This document shows, piece by piece, positions 38,949 through 48,954 of a stretch of 51,613 nt of DNA. This stretch comes from a virus (lineage: Duplodnaviria; Caudoviricetes). The stretch covers positions 1 to 51,613 of the IMG/VR virus record IMGVR_UViG_3300011971_000139; one strand, 5' to 3'. Under the pieces are notes generated by a model. The model searched no databases and had not been told where the DNA came from. It saw only the letters and a program-made list of their open reading frames with translations. Numbering within the stretch: the first letter of the stretch is position 1; each line of letters begins with the position of its first letter. Position numbers and translations under genes: made by a program.

Positions 38949-39869
38949 TCATGCCAGCAATTCCTCAAACTCGATCTCCTGCAAACGTTCCTGTGTGCGT
39001 TTAAGTATCTGGGTCAGTACACCACGTTCATTAGGTATCTCTTTTTTCTCAAACTGGTGGTCCTCACCTGTGAGTAGAATAAGATCACGCCGAATCGGAT
39101 TAGCCATATGTCCTAATCGAACAGACTGTCTTTTTATCGACTGCTCGATGATATTGCGGACGGTTCTAGCGTTTCCGAAGTTAGGACGCGATTTCTCCTG
39201 CCGTAGTTGCTCAGCAAAACCATGACTAAACTCGATCGTCATTTTGTATTCTCGTTCCTTGCACATAAATTCTGCAATGCCGTGAAGGTCCCTAACATCG
39301 TAATCAGGGAAGTGGATGACATTTGAAAAGCGAGATCTAAGTCCTGGGTTACAATCTAAGAACTCCTCCACTTCCTTTGGGTACCCTGCGATGATCACAA
39401 CCACTTCATCCCGCATATCCTCAAGCATCTGGGTTATGGCCCCTACAATCTTCTCACTGTTTTGGCCTTCTGATTTTCCTAAAAAGGTGTAAATTTCGTC
39501 GATAAATAGGACTCCACCTTTTGCCTCACGGAACTTCTGTATAACCTCCTTCTCAGCGAGCCCCACTAGTTCGCTTATGATATCGGCATGATGGATTTCG
39601 ATAAATGGCGGGGTAGTATTGGTATTTGATTTAAGGATTCCTAGCTCGGCAAAGGCCTGTCCGATTAACCGTGCTGCTGTCGACTTACCCGTACCGGGAT
39701 TACCTGTGAAGACCATGTGATTTGATTGTGGCTCAGTCTTTAACCCATTACGCTCCCGGAGCTTAGATATCCGAGCGAACGCGATCATCTGTTCAATTTG
39801 CTCCTTTATATTTGACATCCCAGGCATTGCTCCGAGTTGGTCTAATGCCCTCTTTGCTTTGATGTTCAC
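38949..39869 (-). CDS. SpoVK/CbbX-like AAA+ ATPase
   Basis: HMVFTGNPGTGKST.AR...GGVLFIDE.Y...VIIAGY...NPGLRSRF...FPDY...FGNARTVRN. Confidence 0.9.
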   Translation of the reverse strand: MNIKAKRALDQLGAMPGMSNIKEQIEQMIAFARISKLRERNGLKTEPQSNHMVFTGNPGTGKSTAARLIGQAFAELGILKSNTNTTPPFIEIHHADIISELVGLAEKEVIQKFREAKGGVLFIDEIYTFLGKSEGQNSEKIVGAITQMLEDMRDEVVVIIAGYPKEVEEFLDCNPGLRSRFSNVIHFPDYDVRDLHGIAEFMCKEREYKMTIEFSHGFAEQLRQEKSRPNFGNARTVRNIIEQSIKRQSVRLGHMANPIRRDLILLTGEDHQFEKKEIPNERGVLTQILKRTQERLQEIEFEELLA

Positions 39870-39894
39870 TCGGTTGACCTCCCTTCTTTAAAAA

Positions 39895-40545
39895 TTAAGT
39901 ACGTATTGGTAATATCAGAACGTCAATCCCGTTTTCCTCATCCCGGAGGACAATTGCGTCATTCGTATGCCTGAACTTGATAACGACCGAAGTTGACTTT
40001 GCGCTCTTGAAAACATTTAGAGCATTGTATAAAAAAGCCGCATTGAAGCTCCATACTTCGGATTGGTCTGACATTAACTGTCCCAGGAGTGCGGTAAACT
40101 CGATACCCTGATTTTTTATTCCAAGGCAAGCTGTATCACCATGGAATCTAATGTTCACAATCTTGTCATAAGACTTAAGCTCTTTAAGGATCATCTGTGC
40201 TATTTTAGCGAACTTGGTGGCGTCCTCAATTTGAGCAGTTTCTAGGGTTATCTGATTTTCCTTATTCCAGTTAAGTAGATCCCCAATTGCATTAGACGGA
40301 AATACCCCTTCTAGGTCAGCGCCGGTTATCGCATGGACCGATCGTTCTACAGCGACGGATGTGTCATCGACGATGGCGGACACATCTTTGATCCGGAGAA
40401 GGGTGTGCGTATCCGACACAATAGCCGTTCCATTCTTTAGGTAATGGATTCCTTGAAAGATTGGGTTTCTCGCATTTTTATCGGCGGCGAAGAATTTCGC
40501 GTGTTTGGTCAAAAGTTCTTGTTTCTGAGTTTTATTAAGAATCAT
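39895..40545 (-). CDS. Two-domain beta-sliding-clamp-like protein
   Basis: RNPIFQGIHY...SDTHTLL...GVFP...FNAAFLYNAL...LILPIR resembles DnaN domains II-III. Confidence 0.65.
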   Translation of the reverse strand: MILNKTQKQELLTKHAKFFAADKNARNPIFQGIHYLKNGTAIVSDTHTLLRIKDVSAIVDDTSVAVERSVHAITGADLEGVFPSNAIGDLLNWNKENQITLETAQIEDATKFAKIAQMILKELKSYDKIVNIRFHGDTACLGIKNQGIEFTALLGQLMSDQSEVWSFNAAFLYNALNVFKSAKSTSVVIKFRHTNDAIVLRDEENGIDVLILPIRT

Positions 40546-40967
40546 CTCTTACCCTCCAACAATTCAGGATTTTCATAGATGTTACCGATGATCACTCGCC
40601 GTTGCCAGGAGTTATTGAGCAACTGCTGGTGGTCGTTATCACTGTCCCGTTCTCTCTTGTCAGCCTTCACGTCCTTCAGCCACCAAGCAACTCGGTACGG
40701 ATCCCATATCACTTTGTAAACGATTTTCCTGTCCTCGAACTTTACAAGATCACCCTGATAAATTTCTTTCCCGTTATCATCTTTAAGCGTTGTATATTGA
40801 CCGACCGTTTTGGGATCAACCTTCTCTAAGATATTTTTCATACATAACTCGTCATTAGGGTTAAATGGTGTGAATATTTCAAGTTCTCCACCCCTATAGG
40901 TAACTAAGCTCCCATAGGTCAACTCGCCGTTGTCGATCCTTTTACCTCTGAACTTAATCTCTCTCAT
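40542..40967 (-). CDS. YopX-family protein
   Basis: MREIKFRGK...VGQYT.LKD.NGKEIY.GD...IGNIYENPELL. Confidence 0.93.
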   Translation of the reverse strand: MREIKFRGKRIDNGELTYGSLVTYRGGELEIFTPFNPNDELCMKNILEKVDPKTVGQYTTLKDDNGKEIYQGDLVKFEDRKIVYKVIWDPYRVAWWLKDVKADKRERDSDNDHQQLLNNSWQRRVIIGNIYENPELLEGKR

Positions 40968-41581
40968 TTAGTCGCCTTCCTTCTCTCCCCGATTTTGTTA
41001 TAAATATCGGCAATGATAACTCCCGTTCTTGTTAAGTCAGCATCCTTCTGAATCAGATTGAGCTTGTTTAGTCTTACAAGTTGCTTGCGAGAAACACAGA
41101 TGAGGTTTTCGGGTTCAAAGTTTCGCCTGTTCCTGTCTCCGAAAATTATCACATTACCTTTTGGCACAGGTCCGTTTGCAGATTCCCAAACTACTATATG
41201 TTTTCCTTTCCACGTGTGAGGATCGGCTATTTTGACATCCACATAGTCGTCACCGTTAACCCTCTCCGTTCCAATAGGTCGATAGTTCCAAGGTTTATTT
41301 CCTGACTTGAATTGCGTAGGTTCCCATCCACCGATACCCTTTTTTCCTTTGTTAGCAGGCACATGACCTTTTTTGAATTGCGTAGGCTCCCAGCCTTTAC
41401 TAAACTGCGTGGTGCGCCCGTTATGCAGGCCATGTCGATCGGATAGAGAAACCATCGTCGAAACCTTTAAGCCCATTCCGAACTGCTTATTAAACGCATC
41501 AGTTAGCTCACTGAAACTGCAACCTAATATATTGGACGCTATAAATTCGATATGTTCAGCGTTATACTTGCAATTACTCAT
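40964..41581 (-). CDS. HNH endonuclease with NUMOD3-like repeats
   Basis: Repeated PTQFKKG, then KHIVVWE..NGPVPKG..I.F.DRNRRNF..ENL. Confidence 0.85.
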   Translation of the reverse strand: MSNCKYNAEHIEFIASNILGCSFSELTDAFNKQFGMGLKVSTMVSLSDRHGLHNGRTTQFSKGWEPTQFKKGHVPANKGKKGIGGWEPTQFKSGNKPWNYRPIGTERVNGDDYVDVKIADPHTWKGKHIVVWESANGPVPKGNVIIFGDRNRRNFEPENLICVSRKQLVRLNKLNLIQKDADLTRTGVIIADIYNKIGERRKATK

Positions 41582-41828
41582 CTGTTGGGAGATATGCTCC
41601 ACGCAGCATGGCCGGCATTTTCTTGCTGTCACCGCCCAAATATTCATCCCTTGCTTTTAGTGAATCAATCACTAATTTTCCGGTAGAAATAATTTGAACG
41701 GAAATCTGGCTTATCGACTTAGCCCTCTCAATTTCCTCTTGAAGTTTTTCACCTTTGATCTCTTCGTCCCCTAAACGCTCTAACTGGGCGAATAAATGGT
41801 TATTCAAATCACCTAATGAATTTTTCAT
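41574..41828 (-). CDS. Conserved phage protein
   Basis: MKNSLGDLNNHLFAQLERL...EIERAKSI, a type usually paired with the HNH gene. Confidence 0.85.
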   Translation of the reverse strand: MKNSLGDLNNHLFAQLERLGDEEIKGEKLQEEIERAKSISQISVQIISTGKLVIDSLKARDEYLGGDSKKMPAMLRGAYLPTDE

Positions 41829-41857
41829 GTATCCTTTCACCCCCATAATTCTTAGGT

Positions 41858-42064
41858 TTAGACTCTAAAGCCCTCTTTAAATTCTTCTGGGCGGTATATG
41901 TGGTTTTCTAGCCGGATAGTATCTCTACGCAATTCGTGCATCTTAGCCTTTAATTCAGAGGTTGCCGCGCTACCATAAGGGTTTAGCTTTGTTCCCGATT
42001 CAATGATCTCTATAACTCTTTTGCATTCAAGAACGACCAGTTGTTTAGTGTCATCGATCTTCAT
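41858..42064 (-). CDS. Hypothetical protein
   Basis: GAGGTGG RBS and overlapping start/stop. Confidence 0.6.
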   Translation of the reverse strand: MKIDDTKQLVVLECKRVIEIIESGTKLNPYGSAATSELKAKMHELRRDTIRLENHIYRPEEFKEGFRV

Positions 42065-42231
42065 TTATCCACCTCAATATCCAAAACTTCCACCGGATGC
42101 TCTGGGCATCCGTATTTAGGACATAACAGGCAATCCTCTCCGGAGAGATTAAACCCACCGCAGTCATTGCACTTGCAACCGCGTTGATCACATTCTTCCA
42201 AAGCAACGTCACTGCAGTCTTTACTCATCTT
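42061..42231 (-). CDS. Cys-rich hypothetical protein
   Basis: MSKDCS...CKCNDC...CLLCPKYGC. Confidence 0.5.
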   Translation of the reverse strand, partial: KMSKDCSDVALEECDQRGCKCNDCGGFNLSGEDCLLCPKYGCPEHPVEVLDIEVDK

Positions 42232-42424
42232 CATCATCCGTATTGGCCTCGTATTCCTCGCCAGAGATCGGCGTGATCCATTCGACATCCTTTTTCAGCA
42301 TCCCCGCAACGTTTTCCCTTTGCTCAATGTGCATTTCGTCGTACTCTTCACTTGTAACCGCCTTTTTACAGTTGCCTATTTTTATTCGAAGATACGGCTT
42401 CCACGTTGTTGCCTTCTCCATCAT
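42221..42424 (-). CDS. Hypothetical protein
   Basis: Acidic ORF in the operon downstream of the polymerase. The start codon is uncertain. Confidence 0.45.
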   Translation of the reverse strand: MMEKATTWKPYLRIKIGNCKKAVTSEEYDEMHIEQRENVAGMLKKDVEWITPISGEEYEANTDDEDE

Positions 42425-42488
42425 GAGCAAGCCCGGCTTCAGCTGAAATACGGTAGGGGAATTTTAAATCATAGTACATACGAACACC

Positions 42489-44450
42489 TCAATCTTTCTT
42501 ATAGAAGTCACATTCATAACCGGCTGCTCTCAGTGGTAACCCAGGGGCCCATCCGATGTCTTTACCCATTACAGCCGTCACGTGGTCTAATGATCCTGTC
42601 CCGATTGGAACATCTAATATGACCTCATCGTGGACGTGCATATTTATCACATAACCCTCGGCGTCTATCCTCATCATGCTAACTGCCAGACAGTCCCGCG
42701 CGATGGCCTGAACAAGATTCTCCACCAACCGACCGCCGTATGTTCGGTGGGACACCCACTTTTTTGTCACTTGATCCATGCCGTCGAACACTAGGCCCTC
42801 TTTGTTGAACTTCGGTTCGTGCTTAATCCTCGGATTGACATAAGCTAAACTCCGACCGCTGGGTAGATCCGCGAACAACATGCCGGATTTATAACGGTAT
42901 TGAACTCCATGTGCCAGCTTTACCGTCGTTTTCTCTTGCACTGCTGTGACAGCCGCGTTCTCTGCGGCGTACCAAAGCTTTACAATGTTCGGGTTAGATC
43001 GTCTCCACTGCTTCACCATCCCTGGCAATTCATCCTCGGGGATACCTTCTCTGAGTGCACCCATGGCGATCAGTGCATTAGGACCGCCTTGGTATCCACA
43101 GGCCAACGTAGCCACCTTACCCTTCGCCCTCAGAGCGTAGTTCGCTTGACCCTTGGCGATTGTGTCAAAAGGAACTTTGAACATCTCAGACGCCGTTGCC
43201 TCGTAGATCTTGCCATCACCACGGAATACTTCGAGTACCCAGTTCTCGTCTGCCAGCCAAGCAATTACCCGCGCCTCGATGGCGCTGAAGTCACTTACAA
43301 TGAACCGGCAACCCTCGGAGGGAATGAACGCCGTGCGGATCAGCTGTGACAGTGCAAATGGTGGAGCGCCAAACATCATCTCTAGTAAATCGAAGTCTCC
43401 ACTGCGCAGTGTTTCTCGCGCCAGCTCCAAGTCCTTAAATTTGTTCTGAGGTAAATTTTGAACCTGTATAAGGCGCCCTGCCCATCGCCACGTTCGATTT
43501 GCTCCACAGAATTGAAGTAATCCGCGTGCCCTCTCGTCGTCACACATACTTCGGTTCATGGCGTTGTATTTATCCACGCTGGTCTTTGACATCTCTTGTC
43601 TAAGTTCCAACATCCTCTTGGTCTCATCGTTCGGCGCGGCGTCCAGTAATCCCGCCATATAATCCTTCGACAGACCGTCAGGGGTATCTAATCCGTGTTC
43701 ACTGAACCATGCCTTAAGTTGTGCTAAGCTATTTGGATTGTCTAGGCCTGTGATGTCCTGAGCCTCCTGGACTAAACGTTTTTCGTATTCATCATCACAA
43801 TCAATTGCCTGGTGGAACAACACCGGATCAAGCCGAACGCCACGATCGTTAATCCTTTGATCAAGCGCCCATAGTTTCCATTCGTGGTCAGGGATTGGGA
43901 AGCATTCCAGCTTATGACGTACTGCTCGTTCAACGACTACGTCCTGACAGTTGTATGCTTTATATTCCTCCCACTTTTCCGGGGCGTGATGTGGGTAGTT
44001 ACGTGTCCGTTCTCCGTTGGTCTTCGTTGCCTTGCAGGGGATAGAGAAATACTTGATTAATGCTTTCCCTTTGGCGTCCTTCTGTGCATCGATCTCGAGA
44101 ACTTCTGCCACAGCTGCCAAGTGTCCGGGTAACCCTAAAGCCAAGGCCCAGACCGATGTGCATTTCCATTGGAGCGGATCACATTCGATTCCATATTGCT
44201 TGGAGATACAAGTCCGTTCAAAGTTGGCGTTATAGGCCATTTTAGTTACGGCCGGATCCGTTAGATCGTGCAACACCCGATCGGGTATGCCCTCGAAGGC
44301 TGTCAGATCAATTACCTGGACTTCATCATCGCCATAGGCGTATCCAAAAAGTAAGATCTCGAAATCATCGGCTTCGACATATTTGTATACCCCGCCTTTG
44401 ATCAAGTCGTTACTGCTGTAGGTTTCAATGTCGATTCCTAAGATGGTCAT
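42489..44450 (-). CDS. Phage family A DNA polymerase with a 3'-5' exonuclease
   Basis: IDIETYS, YNANFER, motif A SDFSAIEAR, motif B RAKGKVATLACGY, motif C HVHDE. Confidence 0.95.
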   Translation of the reverse strand: MTILGIDIETYSSNDLIKGGVYKYVEADDFEILLFGYAYGDDEVQVIDLTAFEGIPDRVLHDLTDPAVTKMAYNANFERTCISKQYGIECDPLQWKCTSVWALALGLPGHLAAVAEVLEIDAQKDAKGKALIKYFSIPCKATKTNGERTRNYPHHAPEKWEEYKAYNCQDVVVERAVRHKLECFPIPDHEWKLWALDQRINDRGVRLDPVLFHQAIDCDDEYEKRLVQEAQDITGLDNPNSLAQLKAWFSEHGLDTPDGLSKDYMAGLLDAAPNDETKRMLELRQEMSKTSVDKYNAMNRSMCDDERARGLLQFCGANRTWRWAGRLIQVQNLPQNKFKDLELARETLRSGDFDLLEMMFGAPPFALSQLIRTAFIPSEGCRFIVSDFSAIEARVIAWLADENWVLEVFRGDGKIYEATASEMFKVPFDTIAKGQANYALRAKGKVATLACGYQGGPNALIAMGALREGIPEDELPGMVKQWRRSNPNIVKLWYAAENAAVTAVQEKTTVKLAHGVQYRYKSGMLFADLPSGRSLAYVNPRIKHEPKFNKEGLVFDGMDQVTKKWVSHRTYGGRLVENLVQAIARDCLAVSMMRIDAEGYVINMHVHDEVILDVPIGTGSLDHVTAVMGKDIGWAPGLPLRAAGYECDFYKKD

Positions 44451-44635
44451 AACCTTTTCCAACTCTCGTTGTGTTTTTTCTCAAAAATCTTTCCATTATT
44501 AAAAAATGCTTGAATCAATGTTCTGGACTTTGTTTTGTACTCCCATGTTTCGAATAAAAAGAAGTAGGGGTACTCCTTTACAAATACTGAGCCAGTATGA
44601 TCCCCACTTCCGTAGTACTCTCTAATAGGTTTCAT
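44447..44635 (-). CDS. Hypothetical protein
   Basis: GAGGTG RBS, overlapping the polymerase start. Confidence 0.55.
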   Translation of the reverse strand: MKPIREYYGSGDHTGSVFVKEYPYFFLFETWEYKTKSRTLIQAFFNNGKIFEKKHNESWKRL

Positions 44636-44700
44636 CCGCGCACCTCTTTACCTGATAGGCTAGGGGACCCGATGTTATCAAGTCCCCTACCAAGTTTGAT

Positions 44701-45666
44701 TTAGTCTAAAAAGCTGTCATCCTCTTCATCTTCTGTCATATCGACCCACACAAAACCATTTTCGTCTAGGTACTCTTCCAGCGCTATTAACTGCTCCGTT
44801 GTTCCTGATACCTCATAAGTTGCAACTGCTTTTCGTGGTTCATCGGTGATAGAGCAAGTACCTAAATCCCCGGTGTTAGGTACTTCAACCGGAGAAGGAG
44901 TGAAGTGTTCTTCCTCTTCCGGCACCGCATCTGGTATCGCATCAAAGGCGTCATATATCTTCTTCGCCTCTTGAGCATCGAAGGTTATCAATTCTTCAAG
45001 TTTAGCGATAGGGTGGAAACTTAGAAGTCTTAGATACTGTTCAGGCTTCAAGTTACGCGGTGGCAATAGTTGGTACTGAGCATTGGCCAACTGGACTTTT
45101 GTTTTGATCAGGTCGATGTCCTGAGCCTCTTTTTCCTCCAGGAGACTCAGGGTGCTTGCAAGGGCCAGTAGTTCTGCTTTGATAGCTTTGATGGTTTTAC
45201 CCTTCGCGAGATACTCATCCAAGATAACGAGCTGAACTGAGGATTTTTCAGCAAGGAGATGATCCGCGACTAGTGTGTCAATAAAGCTTTGTATCTCTAC
45301 TCGCTTTAACTCTTTACGGTCAGTCTCGAATTGTTCCTGTTGCAGGGTTAATGGCTCGAGTACGGTCTCAAACTTTTTGTAAAGCACTTTGCACTGGGAT
45401 TCGAAAGCCGTTACCGATTCGGTGAGCTGCTTCTTCGTGGCCTTCCGGAACTCGTCGAGGGACTTCTGTCCCTTTCGAAGTTCAGCAATGGTCTTTTTGC
45501 ATTCCGCGACATCTTTGTCACTGAACACTAGGCCTTTATACTTTTCTAGGACACCGTCCAGATGGTCCGATATCTCTTGATAGTTGAAGCTGACCACGGC
45601 GGGTGTTGTTTCAAACACCCTTATGGCCACGTCAGTTGTTACGGTCAATTGATCACTCATTCTCAT
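44701..45666 (-). CDS. DUF1351-like coiled-coil protein
   Basis: FNYQEI...KYKGLV...KKTIAELRK....LDEFRK. Confidence 0.75.
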   Translation of the reverse strand: MRMSDQLTVTTDVAIRVFETTPAVVSFNYQEISDHLDGVLEKYKGLVFSDKDVAECKKTIAELRKGQKSLDEFRKATKKQLTESVTAFESQCKVLYKKFETVLEPLTLQQEQFETDRKELKRVEIQSFIDTLVADHLLAEKSSVQLVILDEYLAKGKTIKAIKAELLALASTLSLLEEKEAQDIDLIKTKVQLANAQYQLLPPRNLKPEQYLRLLSFHPIAKLEELITFDAQEAKKIYDAFDAIPDAVPEEEEHFTPSPVEVPNTGDLGTCSITDEPRKAVATYEVSGTTEQLIALEEYLDENGFVWVDMTEDEEDDSFLD

Positions 45667-45686
45667 TACTCCTCCGCTATCTTCGA

Positions 45687-46280
45687 TTAGTTCAGGAAAT
45701 CGTCGTCTCCGCCATCTGTTTCAAACTCTTCGTTGGCGAAGTCGTCATTGACGTTCGATCTGCCACCAAGGAAGTCACCGTCCTGAATTTTGACTATATT
45801 GTTAAGGCCTGCCGCCACACCGCGATTTCCTTTTGCATCGAATGGGTAGAAGTTCAAACTGACTTTTGCGTAACATCCGCTATAAACTTCTGTGGTATCC
45901 GTGATCTCTTGGAACTTCGTTTTGCCATCAGCACCTTTGCCGATCGGCTTGGCGATACCAGGCTTGTTTTTACTGGAGGCATTGAGGAAGTAGCAGCCGG
46001 CGTATGTTTCATCATCCGGTCGTTCTTCGTCGCCATCACGAAGAGGTGTTTTGCAATTAGCAGGAACTTTGCCATTAGGCCATTTGTTCTTGCCGAGTTC
46101 TTTGGCCGCGTCGGTGGCGTCCTTGATCTTTTGGAGGGTCACTTTGTCAGTCTTAGGGATGAGGATCGCGGTGCTGTACTTTTCGTCTCCACCGTCAACA
46201 CTTGCTGGCTCGAAGACGTGGGCATAGGATAGACGTACCTTACCTGTGATTACCTTAGTTGAGTTGTTGTCAATTGCCAT
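45687..46280 (-). CDS. DUF2815 / T7 gp2.5-like ssDNA-binding protein
   Basis: VRLSYAHVFEP...PLRDGD...YSGCY...GLNNIVK..DG..LGG, with an acidic tail. Confidence 0.9.
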   Translation of the reverse strand: MAIDNNSTKVITGKVRLSYAHVFEPASVDGGDEKYSTAILIPKTDKVTLQKIKDATDAAKELGKNKWPNGKVPANCKTPLRDGDEERPDDETYAGCYFLNASSKNKPGIAKPIGKGADGKTKFQEITDTTEVYSGCYAKVSLNFYPFDAKGNRGVAAGLNNIVKIQDGDFLGGRSNVNDDFANEEFETDGGDDDFLN

Positions 46281-46312
46281 TTGTTCATTTCCCCTTTAAA
46301 TTTAATTTGGTT

Positions 46313-47488
46313 TTACTCGAAATCTTCTCCCGCGAAATCTCCATCGACGCTGTTCAACTCTGAACGCTTGTCCGTCTCAGGAACTAAACAAGGTTTGCCG
46401 GGAGGCTTTACGACCAGTGATCCCATTAGAGCCGCAAATACTTTCTTCCCAATTCGTTTCTCCAACTCACCAATACCGAGTAGATCCTGAGGTTTCAGAT
46501 ACATGTCCGGCTTCAGGTCAGTGGCGGCTTTAAAGATCGCGATCGCAGCGTCCTTATCTGAGATGGAGCGATTACTGCGCCCCTCGACTAATTTCCACTG
46601 TGGGATCGGCTTTCCATTTAGCGCTTGGCTTGATGCGTAACTCTCAACGTCCTTCGCCCAGGACTGAAGTTGCTCTGTAATAAACAGGATGGACCCAATT
46701 TCTTCGGGGCCCATAAGCGCTGGATCTTGAAATTCATATGCCAAGGCTTTCATGTTTTCGTCAGAACGGGCACGGCAAGTTGCTTTTACTTTGCACCATC
46801 GGCAGTGATCGCCAGACTTGAAGTCCCCTTCTCCGGCGAAAGCTAACAACGCGGCAGGCCTGACAACTGTCTCGGCCCAATTGAGTAATTCGTCTACAGG
46901 CATGATGTCTGTACTAATACTGTCTAAGCGGGGCTGAATGATGGTCATGTGCACTTCGTCGATAGAGTAGAGGTAGTTGTAACCCCACCACGCTCCGAGG
47001 CCGTAGAGCCTAGGCTGTGGATTGTTGAAGGCACTAACTGGAACGCCTTTTCCATACTTAAGATCAATGACTTCCAGCACCCCATCAGCAATCAGCACAA
47101 CATCACCGGTACCGAAGCCTTCTTGAACCCACTCGCTGTAATCAAGATGTTCTTCCAATAGAACGATGGCATCACTGGACCTAGCCTTTGCCATCATGAA
47201 TCGTTCCTCGACTTGATCCACGTACAACTTGACGGCTTCTTCCATTTCCGGACCGTAAAACTGGTTGGCCTTGATCTTGTTGTACTCTTCAACCAAAGCC
47301 CTTCGTTGCTTGGAGTTGCACTTCGTGATCCGGCTCCGGAGTTTGATCTCAGCGAGCGCATGGGCTACCGTGCCCTCTTGGGCGTACTCGCTCGTTGTCT
47401 CTGGTACACTCTCCTGCAACCGTGCGCTCGGCGGGCATGAAAGCCACTGCGCCGCTTTACTCGCACCCAGTAGGGCGTGTTGCATCAT
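46313..47488 (-). CDS. DUF2800 Cas4-like PD-(D/E)XK nuclease
   Basis: HALLGAS...W..CPPS...EGT.AH...FGTGD...IDLKYGKG...HCRWC. Confidence 0.9.
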   Translation of the reverse strand: MMQHALLGASKAAQWLSCPPSARLQESVPETTSEYAQEGTVAHALAEIKLRSRITKCNSKQRRALVEEYNKIKANQFYGPEMEEAVKLYVDQVEERFMMAKARSSDAIVLLEEHLDYSEWVQEGFGTGDVVLIADGVLEVIDLKYGKGVPVSAFNNPQPRLYGLGAWWGYNYLYSIDEVHMTIIQPRLDSISTDIMPVDELLNWAETVVRPAALLAFAGEGDFKSGDHCRWCKVKATCRARSDENMKALAYEFQDPALMGPEEIGSILFITEQLQSWAKDVESYASSQALNGKPIPQWKLVEGRSNRSISDKDAAIAIFKAATDLKPDMYLKPQDLLGIGELEKRIGKKVFAALMGSLVVKPPGKPCLVPETDKRSELNSVDGDFAGEDFE

Positions 47489-47922
47489 CCTTTCTCTGCC
47501 TTCTTGCCCAGGTCCACTAACGCTTGCAGGCATGCCGTTCTATTGTCTTCAGTAACCTTGGAGATGGATTCGCTCCCGAACTTAGTAAGTATGGCCTTGA
47601 TCGCCTTCTTGCCTTCTGTACTCTGACCGTGCTTCTGTGCTTCAGCTCTTAACTCAACGACCGTCGGGATCTCTTCAGGAGTTTTAGCAGGTGGTACCTC
47701 TACCGGTGGAGTTTCCTCTACTGCAGCTGGTTCAACAGCCTGTTCGGTTTCAGGCGCCTTCTCTGGTTGTGTGGCGACCTTATTACTCCGTTTGGTTTTC
47801 TCTGGCTCCAATTTAGGAGTGTCTGCTCCGCCAGTTATAACCGCAAAACCTCTCGCTAATCCGTTGATGGCTTCCTGTAATTCCGCTGAACTGTCAGCTT
47901 CGATATTGAGTGTGATATTCAT
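47485..47922 (-). CDS. Conserved phage protein of the type found upstream of DUF2800
   Basis: Pro/Glu linker followed by TVVELRA...KAILTKFG...ISKV. Confidence 0.75.
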   Translation of the reverse strand: MNITLNIEADSSAELQEAINGLARGFAVITGGADTPKLEPEKTKRSNKVATQPEKAPETEQAVEPAAVEETPPVEVPPAKTPEEIPTVVELRAEAQKHGQSTEGKKAIKAILTKFGSESISKVTEDNRTACLQALVDLGKKAEKG

Positions 47923-47945
47923 TTAATAAATCCCCCTCTTAAAAT

Positions 47946-48071
47946 TTAGAGATAAGCCTCTTCGGCTAAATCTTTCTTGGCCTCTTCCCGCGTATCGTAG
48001 TTCCCAACGTGCCGACCCTCGACCCAGAGTTCGAAGTATCCTCGCACGCTCGGGATAATCTTGTAAAGCAC
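47946..48071 (-). CDS. Small hypothetical protein (41 aa); absent from the ORF track
   Basis: AAAGGGG RBS and GTG start, giving LYKIIPSVRGYFELWVEGRHVGNYDTREEAKKDL. Confidence 0.6.
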   Translation of the reverse strand: MLYKIIPSVRGYFELWVEGRHVGNYDTREEAKKDLAEEAYL

Positions 48072-48103
48072 GTTGGAAAGTCCCCTTTCTTTCTATAATG
48101 GGT

Positions 48104-48949
48104 CTAGATTCCTTGGTTGTTTGTAACTGCAAGGACTAACTGAAGCAACTGAGCCCTGAATTCCTTGTCCGCTTGCTCTATGTACTTCTTTTTAGCGATT
48201 GCAAGATTTTCCTCGATAGTCTCCCAGACCTCACCTAATGTCGGCGCAGTGGTGATTGGTTGAACCTCAACCGTGGACATAATTTGATCAAACGCTTCAC
48301 TCGATAAGCTATCGGGTATATCCTTTTTCTCCATCTTTGGAATCTCCTGTACTTCATCGGTGTGGAACTGCTCCACCCCAGCCAGCGTAGGACCATTTTG
48401 GACCATATCGGAATACTTCTTCATGTCGTCATAAAACTTTACATCCTTCGAGTTATAGATCTCGTCTAACTCGATCTCTGCAGGCGTTGGAGCCTCTTGA
48501 ACCATTTTCTCAAGAACTGGTTTCTCATAAACCCTAGGAGCGACAGCTTTAGTGGCAACGACCTTATCAGCAGGTTTTCTCTGGCCCTTAATCCCCTGAA
48601 GGCCATAAGCTCTGATCCAATTAAAAACGGTTTGCGTTTTGGCATCATATTTCTTAGCGATTTGAGCACCGGTTAGCCCTGACCTCAGATCCTTCTCAAG
48701 GGATTCTTTCGTTGGTTTGTTAGCGTTCAAGTCTATAACCCTCCCTGTGTTTTTTCTGTTCGCTTTCATCTCGATAATGTGTAACTTCTCTGCCACTCGA
48801 AAGCAGTTATACCTGCAGAACCATACAGTTTTACCTTTGATACTCAGCTTGTAGATCCATTGATCGGATCCATGAATGCTGAATTGTTTCCCGCATTCGC
48901 CACACGTTCTCTCCGATGAGGCAAGAATTTGTTTATCATTTAAAAGCAT
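48104..48949 (-). CDS. Zn-finger plus HTH hypothetical protein
   Basis: CGECGKQF...WFCRYNC and LTGAQIAKKYD...TVFNWIRAYG. Confidence 0.7.
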   Translation of the reverse strand: MLLNDKQILASSERTCGECGKQFSIHGSDQWIYKLSIKGKTVWFCRYNCFRVAEKLHIIEMKANRKNTGRVIDLNANKPTKESLEKDLRSGLTGAQIAKKYDAKTQTVFNWIRAYGLQGIKGQRKPADKVVATKAVAPRVYEKPVLEKMVQEAPTPAEIELDEIYNSKDVKFYDDMKKYSDMVQNGPTLAGVEQFHTDEVQEIPKMEKKDIPDSLSSEAFDQIMSTVEVQPITTAPTLGEVWETIEENLAIAKKKYIEQADKEFRAQLLQLVLAVTNNQGI

Positions 48950-48954
48950 AAGCT

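Noticed and set aside
40964-41581. HNH gene as an intron-encoded homing endonuclease
   Set aside because: It is free-standing between intact genes and interrupts nothing.
46313-47488. Cas4-like nuclease as evidence of CRISPR-Cas
   Set aside because: It sits in the standard DUF2800-DUF2815-PolA phage module, with no other cas genes or array.
47923-48132. 69-aa ORF from the track
   Set aside because: An overlapping frame (47946-48071) has a better RBS and a more protein-like sequence.
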